Assembly: GCA_963665775.2 (NCBI GenBank)
Contig: CAXXTF010000001.1
Coordinates: 480,001-544,000, forward strand
Direction: 5' to 3'
Source of the DNA: Dehalococcoidia bacterium
GTDB lineage: Bacteria > Chloroflexota > Dehalococcoidia > SM23-28-2 > RBG-16-64-32
Length of the DNA: 64,000 nt
A program made the translations under genes and the position numbers. This document shows positions 22,425 through 30,894 of the stretch, one piece after another. Each line of letters begins with the position of its first letter. The first letter of the stretch is position 1. The notes below the pieces were generated by a model, which searched no databases, was not told where the DNA came from, and saw only the letters and a program-made list of their open reading frames with translations.

Positions 22425-22930
22425 CGGTTAGCCCTTCCTAGAGTCGTCGGGTCACCCAGACGCATCGCTTGGGCGGCGTTCTGGATCGCCAGGATGACCG
22501 TCGAGTAGCCGGTGCAGCGGCACAGGTTGCCGCCTATAGCGTAGCGTATCTCATCCTCAGTGGGATCTGGGTTCTCTTGGAGAAGCGCCACTGCGCTCAC
22601 GATCAGGCCGGGCGTACAGTAGCCGCACTGCAAGCCGCCGTGCTCAACGAACGCCTGCTGCACCGGATGCAGCTTCTCCCCGTCGGCCAGCCCCTCCACC
22701 GTAGTTACAGCCTTTCCCTTAGCGCTCACCGTCAGCACCAGGCAGGAGGTCACGGACTTGCCGTCCATGATCACGGTACAGGCGCCGCAGTCCCCTTCGT
22801 CGCAGCCCTTCTTGGTGCCGGTCAGGAACAGCTCCTCGCGAAGGGTATCCAGCAGCGATTGCCACGGCTCCACCCCTACCTGAAGGGGTTCTCCATTAAC
22901 AATTATATCAACGAGTTGCTTCATGCCCAT
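22421..22930 (-). CDS. xanthine dehydrogenase family 2x[2Fe-2S] small subunit
   Basis: GCDEGDCGACT, QCGYCTPG and NLCRCTGY motifs. Confidence 0.93.
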   Translation of the reverse strand: MGMKQLVDIIVNGEPLQVGVEPWQSLLDTLREELFLTGTKKGCDEGDCGACTVIMDGKSVTSCLVLTVSAKGKAVTTVEGLADGEKLHPVQQAFVEHGGLQCGYCTPGLIVSAVALLQENPDPTEDEIRYAIGGNLCRCTGYSTVILAIQNAAQAMRLGDPTTLGRANR

Positions 22931-22966
22931 CTCCTCGGCGGGGCTTGCGCCGCTGGCTGGGAGCGG

Positions 22967-23893
22967 TCACGCAACGGCTTCCACGGAAAGGTCACGTATC
23001 GTCTCGAAGGAGTCGGGAGCGCCGCGCAGGGCGGCCGCCAGGGCGTGCTCCAGGGTGCGTCGCACCAGCACCTCCACCACCTCTCGTCGGTGCCAGGCCG
23101 GCCCGCGGATGTCGTCGATGGGGCGGGCCTCGCCGGCGGCAGTGCGCGCCGCCTCCGCGATGAGCGCGGCGTCGATCGGTTGGCCCTGAAGGAGCGCCTC
23201 CGCCTGCCGCGCCCGCATCGGCGTTGGGCCTACAGCCCCCATGCCGATGCGCACCGTCCGGAAGGTGCCGTTACGGGGTTGCAGGGATACGAAAGAGGCC
23301 ACCCCCACCGTGGAGATGTCCATCGCCTTGCGAGGGCTGTGTTTGATGTAAAGGGAGCCGGTATGCTCGGATACGGGCGGGAAGCGGAGCTCCGCGACCA
23401 GCTCGCCGGCATCGAGCACGGTGCGCCCCGGCCCGAGGAAGAACTCGTCCAGCGGCAGCCAACGCTGGCCTGCGGGCCCGACGATCCGGGCCTCGCCCCC
23501 GAACGCCAGCAGCGATGGCAGGGTGTCGCCGGCGGGAGAGGCGTTGCAGAGGTTGCCGCCCATCGTGGCCAGGTTGCGGATCTGCACCCCGGCGAACGAG
23601 GTCGCCGCTGCCGTCATCGCGGAGTAGCGCTGCCGGATATCCGGGTGCAGCTCCAGGGTTCGGATCGGCACTAGGGCGCCGATGCGCAGGCCGCCTCTCG
23701 TCGAATAGCGAACTCGGTCGAGGCCGGGCACGTTCTTGATGTCGATCAGGTACTCAGGTTGCCAGACACCCTGGCGCCAGCGAATGAGCAGATCGGTGGC
23801 TCCCGCCACGATGCGGGCTCCGCTGCCATGCCGCTTGAGCAGGTCGACGGCTTGGCGGAGGGTTCGGGCCTCAATGTATGTGAATCGGTTAAT
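22967..23893 (-). CDS. xanthine dehydrogenase family FAD-binding (medium) subunit, probable ATT start
   Basis: AGATDLL, QIRNLATMGGNLCNASPAGD and PIDDIRG motifs; frame extends upstream of 23809 as (I)NRFTYIEARTLRQAV with AAAGAGG SD 7 nt before ATT. Confidence 0.88.
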   Translation of the reverse strand: MNRFTYIEARTLRQAVDLLKRHGSGARIVAGATDLLIRWRQGVWQPEYLIDIKNVPGLDRVRYSTRGGLRIGALVPIRTLELHPDIRQRYSAMTAAATSFAGVQIRNLATMGGNLCNASPAGDTLPSLLAFGGEARIVGPAGQRWLPLDEFFLGPGRTVLDAGELVAELRFPPVSEHTGSLYIKHSPRKAMDISTVGVASFVSLQPRNGTFRTVRIGMGAVGPTPMRARQAEALLQGQPIDAALIAEAARTAAGEARPIDDIRGPAWHRREVVEVLVRRTLEHALAAALRGAPDSFETIRDLSVEAVA

Positions 23894-24099
23894 GTTATAT
23901 CCTCTTTCTCTATCCGATAAGCTGGATTTTAGCGCGGCTGGCAGGCAATAACAAGGCCTTCCTAGCGGTGGGATGTCTAACTGGTTATAGAGGCACGGGG
24001 GAGGTAGTGAATCCGTCCAGCCCTTCTTATTCCCGCGAGGCGGCGAGCGCCCGGCGGGATTGCCGCCTCCAACCCCGGCTCGGCTATCTGATCGACGTC

Positions 24100-24128
24100 T
24101 TGACAGCGCAGAGACTGAGGACTACTAT
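24100..24128 (+). promoter_or_regulatory. sigma70-type promoter for the CoA-transferase cluster/leader RNA
   Basis: TTGACA-17 nt-TACTAT. Confidence 0.7.
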
Positions 24129-24149
24129 ATGGCATCGCGATGAGGGTAG

Positions 24150-24347
24150 TACGGAACCTGCACGCCCCGTGGGAGCCGTTCATGCCGGTGGTCACCGTGT
24201 CTCCTAGCCACGTTCCTGCCCAGAAATTAGGTGGGACCCGTGCTTTAGGTGGGACCCGTGCTTATTGATAAGGGAGTACAGTGGGCGCATACCGGCAGGG
24301 ATCGCTTCGAGGCATGATGGCCGCCCTGTCGCGGGGAGCCTTCCGTA
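24150..24347 (+). ncRNA. putative structured RNA (leader or small RNA)
   Basis: Five nested helices by eye: TACGGAA/TTCCGTA, CCCCGTGG/TCGCGGGG, GCCGTTCATGCC/GGCATGATGGC, GGTGGTC/GATCGCT, CCTGCC/GGCAGG. Confidence 0.5.
24227..24262 (+). repeat. perfect 18-bp tandem duplication
   Basis: TTAGGTGGGACCCGTGCT x2. Confidence 0.95.
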
Positions 24348-24388
24348 AGAACCGACTGATCAGGAACTGAGAAAGGAGGGGCTAGATC

Positions 24389-25591
24389 ATGACCCAGCCC
24401 AAGCAGCAGATCTTCGAAGGGGTGCGAGTTCTCGATCTTGTGGCCCGTGGGGCCGGCGCCACCCTCGCCGGCTCCTATCTGGCCGACTTCGGGGCCGACG
24501 TCATCAAGATCGACAAGCCCGGCGAGCCGGAACCAGCCCTGGGGTGGCCCTACGTCAAGGACGGAACCTATCTCCCGTATAAGCTAAAGGGCCGGAATAA
24601 GCGCCACATCACCCTGGACCTGAGTAAGCCCCAGGGCCGCGATCTCTTCCACCGGCTGATCCCCGATACCGACGTAGTGATCGAGGATTTCTCCGCTGGG
24701 ACCATGGAGGAGTGGGGGCACGACTGGGAGACCCTCAGCGCCCTCAACCCCGGTCTCGTCTTCTGTCGTATCTCGCCCTGCGGGCAGACCGGCCCCTATA
24801 GGAACCGCAGTGGCGACGGCCGCACGGCCGAGGCTTTCTCTGGTTTCTGCCACATAGACGGTGAGCCGGATCGGCAGCCGCTCAGTTCGCAGTTTGATAT
24901 GGGCGGTGCCGTAGCGGGCATCTGGGCCGCCTACGGCATCGTCCTGGCCCTGCTCCATCGTGACGCCCACGGCGGTAAGGGACAGGTCATCGACCTTGGC
25001 CTGTACGAGGCTCTCTACCGCCAGCAGGTGGGCAACATCCCCGGCTATTCTTCCACAGGCGTGGCCCCCAAGCGCGCCGGCAGCCGCAAGAGCGGCGGCA
25101 TCCCCTGGGTTGACACCCACGAGACGAAGGACGGTGGATTCTACACCTACTCCGCTGTCACCCGTGCCAGCATGCGGGATCAGATGCTGGCCATGGGAAT
25201 GTTTATCGATCCTCGATTCGAGGACTTCCCCGCCGCTCATCAGCACTCGAACGAATACCACGAGGTGGCTAAGGAGTGGATGAAGGAACGCACCCTGGCC
25301 GAGGTGGACGATGCCTTTCAGCGGTATGAGTGCTCCAGCGCGCCGGTGATGAACGGTGAATCCCTTATCAATGACCCCCACCTCATAGCCCGGGAGCAGG
25401 TTATCACCGTCGATGACCCTGACCTCGGTACCATGCGGATGCAAGGCATCGTCCCCAAGTTCTCCAAGACCCCCGGCAGGGTGCGCCATACCGGAGAGCG
25501 CCCGGGCGCCCGCAATGTGGAGGTCTACGGGGAGCTGCTGGGGCTCGGCGCCCAGGAGTTGGAGAATCTGCGGACGGCCGGGATCATCTAG
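24389..25591 (+). CDS. family III (CaiB/BaiF) CoA-transferase, type A copy 1, catalytic Asp site replaced by Gly
   Basis: LADFGADVIK, RNKRHITLDL, GQTGPY and GQVID motifs. Confidence 0.88.
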   Translation: MTQPKQQIFEGVRVLDLVARGAGATLAGSYLADFGADVIKIDKPGEPEPALGWPYVKDGTYLPYKLKGRNKRHITLDLSKPQGRDLFHRLIPDTDVVIEDFSAGTMEEWGHDWETLSALNPGLVFCRISPCGQTGPYRNRSGDGRTAEAFSGFCHIDGEPDRQPLSSQFDMGGAVAGIWAAYGIVLALLHRDAHGGKGQVIDLGLYEALYRQQVGNIPGYSSTGVAPKRAGSRKSGGIPWVDTHETKDGGFYTYSAVTRASMRDQMLAMGMFIDPRFEDFPAAHQHSNEYHEVAKEWMKERTLAEVDDAFQRYECSSAPVMNGESLINDPHLIAREQVITVDDPDLGTMRMQGIVPKFSKTPGRVRHTGERPGARNVEVYGELLGLGAQELENLRTAGII

Positions 25592-25661
25592 CCGCTTCCA
25601 TGATAAAGACAGAGCGGAACGGTCAGCGGAGATCGGCAATCAGACGGTTAAGGAGAAGATC

Positions 25662-26876
25662 ATGACTACACAGTCTAATCAACAGGTCCTTGAACGCTAC
25701 CGCGTCCTTGACGTGGGCCATGTCCTGGCCGGCCCCATGACCTCGAGTATGCTTGGCGACTTCGGCGCCGACGTCATCCATATCGAGAGTCCGGAGACGG
25801 GCGACTTTATGCGCACGGTCGCCGGGACGGCCGGGCAACCAAGGGCATCCAGGGGCTACGATCTGATAAACCGCAGCAAGCGCAACATCACCCTGGACCT
25901 GCGCAAGGAGAAGGCCCGCGACATTTTCCACCGGCTGGTGGCCGTTTCCGACGTGGTAACGGAGAACTTCCGCCCCTACGTCATGGACCGTTGGGGGCAC
26001 GACTGGGAGAGGCTGCGCCGCATCAACCCCCGCCTCATCTACTGCCGCATGGCCGGCTTCGGCCAGACCGGCCCCTACCGGCACCGCCGCGCCTACGGCA
26101 TGATCGGCGAGGCCTTCTCCGGTTGGTCTTGGACGAACGGTTATACCGATGGTCCAGTCATACACTCCGGCTTCTCCCTGGGAGACACCACGGAGTCCAT
26201 ATGGGCGGCTACGGCCATCGTGGCGGCTCTCTACTGGCGCGACGCCCAGGGCGGTGGCGAAGGGATGCTCATCGACCAGGGTCTGATCGACCCCAACTTC
26301 CGCGCCATGGAACAGCAGATCATCATCTACGACCAGACCGGAGTGAGCATTGCGCGCGATGGCTCCCAGCACGAGGCTACCCCCTACGCCGACATCTGCC
26401 AGACCAAGGACGGCCGCTACTTCTCCTTCTCCGCCTTCACCCAGGAGGCGATCCGCAACCTCGTTCAGGCCCTGGGCCTGAGTGATGATTCCCGCTTCAA
26501 CAATTTGGACGCTTGCCTGCAGCACCGGGAGGAGTTTAACCAGACGGCGGCCACCTGGTTCGGGGAGCGCAGCCTGGACGAAGTGATCGAGGTGTTCGAG
26601 AAGCAGGGCGCCAATGGCATGCCGGTGATGAGCGCCGAGAACCTGTACCATGATCCACACATCAAGGCGCGGGAGATGGTCGTCAGCCTGCCTGACCCTG
26701 AGGGCGGGGACAAGCCTATTGAGATGCAGGGGGTTGTGCCCAAGTTGTCGGAAACCCCTGGCAAGGTGGGCAACGCCTCCCACCCCATAGGGGGTCACAA
26801 CGAGGAGGTGTACGGCGAACTGCTGGGGATCAACCGCGACGAACTGGCGGACTTGATGGCGGAGGGGGTAATTTAG
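25662..26876 (+). CDS. family III CoA-transferase, type B copy 1, catalytic Asp retained
   Basis: LAGP, DFGADV, ENFRP, GFGQTGPY and LGD motifs; ATG 25662 behind AAGGAG. Confidence 0.9.
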   Translation: MTTQSNQQVLERYRVLDVGHVLAGPMTSSMLGDFGADVIHIESPETGDFMRTVAGTAGQPRASRGYDLINRSKRNITLDLRKEKARDIFHRLVAVSDVVTENFRPYVMDRWGHDWERLRRINPRLIYCRMAGFGQTGPYRHRRAYGMIGEAFSGWSWTNGYTDGPVIHSGFSLGDTTESIWAATAIVAALYWRDAQGGGEGMLIDQGLIDPNFRAMEQQIIIYDQTGVSIARDGSQHEATPYADICQTKDGRYFSFSAFTQEAIRNLVQALGLSDDSRFNNLDACLQHREEFNQTAATWFGERSLDEVIEVFEKQGANGMPVMSAENLYHDPHIKAREMVVSLPDPEGGDKPIEMQGVVPKLSETPGKVGNASHPIGGHNEEVYGELLGINRDELADLMAEGVI

Positions 26877-26920
26877 CAACTCGCTCCGACCCCTCTAGAG
26901 TCATCCGAGAGGAGGATACT

Positions 26921-28123
26921 ATGCCGCAGCCTAAACAGCAGATCTTCGAAGGGGTGCGAGTCCTCGACCTAGTCTCTCGCGAGAGCGGTGCCACCATCGC
27001 CGGCGCCTACCTGGCCGACTTCGGCGCTGATGTCATCAAGATCGATAAGCCGGGCGAGCCGGGACCCGCCCTGGACGCACACTACGTCAAGAACGGCATC
27101 GATCTCCAGTACAAGGTAAAGGGGCGCAACAAGCGTCACATTACCCTGGACTTGAGCAAGCCTCAGGGGGTCGACCTCTTCCATAAACTGGTCGCCGATT
27201 CGGACGTGGTGGTCGAGAATCTTGGCCTCGGTGTCATGGAAGGGTGGGGGCACGATTGGGAGACCCTCCGCTCCCTCAACCCCCGCCTCATCTTCGTGCG
27301 CCTCTCCGATTACGGACAGGACGGCCCCTATAAGAACCGGCGGCTGGACGGCTTTGCCGGCGACGCCTTCGCCGGCTTCTGCCAGGTCGACGGCGAACGA
27401 GACGCCACGCCGGTCGACTCCCAGATGGACATGGCAGGGCATGTTGCCGGGATGTGGGCGGCCATGAGCATTGGCCTCGCCCTCTACTGGCGGGATGCCA
27501 GGGGCGGGGTGGGGCAGGTTGTAGACATGGCTCTGTACGAGCCCCTCTACCGGCTCATCCAGACGAATATCACCCCCTACACCTCCAGCGGTAAGGCGGA
27601 TATGCGCTACGGCAACCGCCGGGACAACGGCATCCCCTGGGTGGACAGCCACGAGACGAAAGACGGCCGCCACTACTCTTACTCCGGCGCCACTCGCGCC
27701 ACCTATCGCGATACACAGCTGGCCATGGGGATGTTCCGCGATCCTCGATTCAAGGACCTCCCCACCGCCTTCGTCAACCGGGAGGCCTTCCATGATTACG
27801 CCGCGGCCTGGACGAAGGAGCGCACCATCGAGGAGGTGGACGAAGCGTTCTTCGCCTTCGAAGGGGCCAGCGCACCCTGCAACAACGCCGAGGACCTGAT
27901 CAACGATCCTCATGAGCTGGCGCGGGAGCACATCGTCACCGTGGACGACCCGGATCTGGGGCCGGTGCGGATGCAGGGGTTGGTGCCCAAGTTCTCCCGG
28001 ACCCCCGGCAAGGTGCGTTGGGCCGGCGAGCAGCCGGGCACCCGCAATGCCGAGGTGTACGGCGAGCTGTTAGGACTGACCGCCAAGGAGCTGGATGAGC
28101 TGCGGGCCGCCGATGTCATCTAG
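26921..28123 (+). CDS. family III CoA-transferase, type A copy 2, catalytic Asp site replaced by Gly
   Basis: Paralog of 24389..25591 with near-identical N-terminus QPKQQIFEGVRVLDLV. Confidence 0.88.
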   Translation: MPQPKQQIFEGVRVLDLVSRESGATIAGAYLADFGADVIKIDKPGEPGPALDAHYVKNGIDLQYKVKGRNKRHITLDLSKPQGVDLFHKLVADSDVVVENLGLGVMEGWGHDWETLRSLNPRLIFVRLSDYGQDGPYKNRRLDGFAGDAFAGFCQVDGERDATPVDSQMDMAGHVAGMWAAMSIGLALYWRDARGGVGQVVDMALYEPLYRLIQTNITPYTSSGKADMRYGNRRDNGIPWVDSHETKDGRHYSYSGATRATYRDTQLAMGMFRDPRFKDLPTAFVNREAFHDYAAAWTKERTIEEVDEAFFAFEGASAPCNNAEDLINDPHELAREHIVTVDDPDLGPVRMQGLVPKFSRTPGKVRWAGEQPGTRNAEVYGELLGLTAKELDELRAADVI

Positions 28124-28174
28124 CGGCAGCGGGCTACTGGCAGGGACCGGCAAACGGAACTGGGGGAGAGAGCG

Positions 28175-29389
28175 ATGACTACAGAGACTAAGCCACAAGC
28201 GTTGGAGGGCATCCGGATCGTCGATGTCGGGCACGTCCTGGCCGGCCCCATGACCTCGAGCCTTCTGTCCGATTTCGGCGCCGAGGTCATCCACGTGGAG
28301 AATCCGGAGACGGGCGACTTCATTCGCGAGCTGACTGGGGCGGCCGGCCAGGGGAGGGCCAGCAGGGGCTACGACATAATAAATCGGAACAAGCGCAACA
28401 TCACCCTGAATATGGGCAAGCCGAAGGCCCGGGAACTCTTCCACAAGCTAATGACCGTCTCCGATGCGGTGACGGAGAACTTCCGGCCCTACGTGTTCCC
28501 TCGCTGGGGGCATGACTGGGATACCCTGCACAGCATCAACCCGCGTCTCATCTACTGTAAGCTGTCCGGGTACGGTGCGACCGGGCCCCGGCAGCACCGC
28601 CGCGCCTATGGCAGAATCGCCGAAGCGTGGGGCGGTTGGGCCTACATCAACGGCAACGAGGACGGGCCCGCCCTCCACTCCGGCTACTCCTGGGGCGATA
28701 CGTTGGACTCCCTCTGGGGCGCCACCGCGATCGTCGGTGCCCTGTTCTGGCGCGACGTCCAGGGCGGCGGCGAGGGGATGCTCATCGACCAAGGGTTGGT
28801 GGAGCCCCTCTTCCGCGCGATAGAGCAGCAGGTCATCGTCTACGACCAGACAGGGGTCAACGTAAAACGGTTCGGCACACGGCATGAAGCGACCCCCTAC
28901 GTCGATACCTGCCAGACGAAGGACGATCGCTACTTCCGTTTCTCTGCCTGGACAGAGGACGCCATCCGCAATCTCCTTTCGGCCCTCGGTCTGAGTCAGG
29001 ACTCCCGGTTCAACACCTTCGAGGCCTGCGCCCAGCGCCGCGATGAGTTCAGCCAGACGGCCCAAGCCTGGTTCAAGCAGCGGACCCTGGCCGAGGCGGA
29101 GGAGACTTTCGAGAAGCACCAGGCCATCGGTGCGCCGGTGATGAGCGGCGAGGACCTGTTTCACGACCCTCACATCAAGGCGCGGGACATGCTCGTTAGC
29201 CTGCCCGATCCCGAGGGTGACGAGAAGCCGATCGTCATGCAGGGCATCGTCCCCAAGTTCTCGGAGACGCCCGGCAGGGTGCGCAACGCCTGCCACCCGC
29301 TGGGGGCCGACAACGAGGACGTCTACTGTGGCCTGCTGGGGGTTAGCCGTGACGAACTGGCTGACTTGATGGCGGAAGGGGTAGTCTAG
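28175..29389 (+). CDS. family III CoA-transferase, type B copy 2, catalytic Asp retained
   Basis: Paralog of 25662..26876; LAGP, ENFRP and WGD motifs; C-terminus DELADLMAEGV. Confidence 0.9.
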   Translation: MTTETKPQALEGIRIVDVGHVLAGPMTSSLLSDFGAEVIHVENPETGDFIRELTGAAGQGRASRGYDIINRNKRNITLNMGKPKARELFHKLMTVSDAVTENFRPYVFPRWGHDWDTLHSINPRLIYCKLSGYGATGPRQHRRAYGRIAEAWGGWAYINGNEDGPALHSGYSWGDTLDSLWGATAIVGALFWRDVQGGGEGMLIDQGLVEPLFRAIEQQVIVYDQTGVNVKRFGTRHEATPYVDTCQTKDDRYFRFSAWTEDAIRNLLSALGLSQDSRFNTFEACAQRRDEFSQTAQAWFKQRTLAEAEETFEKHQAIGAPVMSGEDLFHDPHIKARDMLVSLPDPEGDEKPIVMQGIVPKFSETPGRVRNACHPLGADNEDVYCGLLGVSRDELADLMAEGVV

Positions 29390-29497
29390 AAGAGGGGGCT
29401 GACTCCGCGAGACGTCGGGCTGGCAATGCCGCCCGGCTTTGCCGGACGAACCTGAGGAACCGGTCCTGTGCCGGCGGCCACCGAAAGGGGAGAGATC

Positions 29498-30220
29498 GTG
29501 AGCCAAGAGCCATCTGGCATGCCGAAGGAGATCATAGAAGATCTCAGGGAAGCAGCCACGCGGCGCGCCGCTGGCTGGCGTTGCTTCAGCCTGGGTTTCC
29601 AGGAGCCTACCCAGGACTTACTGGACGAGGGCTACCTGCTGGCCCTGGATGAGGCGGTCAACTGGATGGAGACCGGTCGAGATCGGTTTCGGGCTGGCTG
29701 GGACGCCATGGCGGAATTCCACAGCGCCGGCGGTAAGGATCAGGCGGCCCTGCTCACGGAGCTGAAGACGGAATACGCGCGAATGTTCCTCGGCTCGGAG
29801 GCCGCCCTGACGCCCCCGTACGAGTTCAAATATCGCGAGCGTGACGCCTCTGCCGACCCCCCCGTCGAGCTGGGCTCGCTCCTCGAGGCCGTGCGGGGCT
29901 TCTACCAGGAGGGTGGATGGCCGTCCGCCCCCTCGGCCGATGATGCGCCCGATCACCTGTCCACCGAGTGCGAATTCATGCACTACCTCGGCCGGCAGGA
30001 AGCGGACGCCTGGGGAGCGGGAGACGGGGCAAAGGGCAGGCAGTATCGCCTGCTGGAGCACCGCTTCCTGGAGGAGCACCTGGCGCATTGGTTGCTCGAT
30101 CTGTGCACCGAGGTTCTGTCTGCCAGCCGCAGCAAGTTCTACTGGGGCCTGGCCGATTTCGCCGGACACTATATCTCTCTGGAGACCGGCGCCGACTTCT
30201 ACGTCTCGTTCACTCCCTGA
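29498..30220 (+). CDS. TorD/DmsD family molybdoenzyme maturation chaperone
   Basis: EYARMF, PPYE and PDHLSTECEFM motifs, FLEEHL.W; GTG 29498 behind a purine-rich SD. Confidence 0.8.
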   Translation: MSQEPSGMPKEIIEDLREAATRRAAGWRCFSLGFQEPTQDLLDEGYLLALDEAVNWMETGRDRFRAGWDAMAEFHSAGGKDQAALLTELKTEYARMFLGSEAALTPPYEFKYRERDASADPPVELGSLLEAVRGFYQEGGWPSAPSADDAPDHLSTECEFMHYLGRQEADAWGAGDGAKGRQYRLLEHRFLEEHLAHWLLDLCTEVLSASRSKFYWGLADFAGHYISLETGADFYVSFTP

Positions 30221-30424
30221 GGTCGCCCTAGTTATAGCTATCGGGGAGTGGCCGGCGCCGTACGAGTTGATCGTCTCATCACTACTTGAGCCCCGCGCGT
30301 AGGTGTGTACGGAAATGCCGGGCCGCGTCGGCCAAACTGAATCCAACTTGACTTCTTACGCTATCCACCCTTTTGTCACGTTTGTCATGGTGGATTGCTG
30401 CGGCCTAGCGCCTTCCATAAATGG

Positions 30425-30452
30425 CGAAAACCCCCGATGCAGGGGGATTTCG
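30425..30452 (-). terminator. putative intrinsic terminator downstream of tRNA-Asp
   Basis: Minus strand CCCCC-6 nt-GGGGG-TTTT within a CGAAA/TTTCG inverted repeat. Confidence 0.5.
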
Positions 30453-30465
30453 TATCTAGTTTTCG

Positions 30466-30541
30466 TGGCGACCCCGATCGGATTCGAACCGACGATCTCC
30501 ACCGTGACAAGGTGGCATGTTAACCGCTACACCACGGGGCC
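30466..30541 (-). tRNA. tRNA-Asp(GTC)
   Basis: GGCCCCG acceptor stem, CCACC-TTGTCAC-GGTGG anticodon arm, GTTCGAATC T-loop, encoded CCA; 76 nt. Confidence 0.97.
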
Positions 30542-30576
30542 GCGCTGACGCCTGAAGGCCGCACTTTGGCAGCCGT

Positions 30577-30606
30577 ATTCTACAGGGAAGGTGCGCGCGC
30601 GGTCAA
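30577..30606 (-). promoter_or_regulatory. tRNA-Asp promoter
   Basis: Minus strand TTGACC-18 nt-TAGAAT. Confidence 0.5.
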
Positions 30607-30707
30607 CAGCGTCTTGGTCGTATGCAGGTATCCTCCCGTGTCAGTCTCGTTTCTGGCGTTCCGTAAATGTGGCTCCGCTATATCTGAAATAAGGCTGGGT
30701 TATGTGG

Positions 30708-30736
30708 TTGACACTGGATAGGACGGCTACTACACT
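30708..30736 (+). promoter_or_regulatory. rpsL operon promoter
   Basis: TTGACA-17 nt-TACACT. Confidence 0.7.
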
Positions 30737-30894
30737 TATAGTTTAGCGTCTAGTTCTAGGACTATGCGTCTAAATCAGCGGTCGAAAGACGTGGCCGGCG
30801 TGACCGACGATTCGTTAACTAGGGTCGAGATAAGCGTCGGCGCCCTTCGGAGGCGAAGGCTTTCGGCTTTTTTCAGGGGGAGAGGAATACGCAG

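Noticed and set aside
20115-23893. Aerobic CO dehydrogenase (coxMSL)
   Set aside because: Gene order fits, but the active-site loop is SSYRASG, not AYxCSFR or AYRGAGR, and no cox accessory genes are present
30360-30396. TTTGTCA direct repeat within an ATCCACC/GGTGGAT inverted repeat
   Set aside because: Short, 9-bp spacing, and located between convergent 3' ends with no gene to regulate
20100-30466. tRNA-Asp-anchored integrative island
   Set aside because: No integrase, and I found no duplicated tRNA 3' end near 20.1 kb; composition looks similar to the flanks
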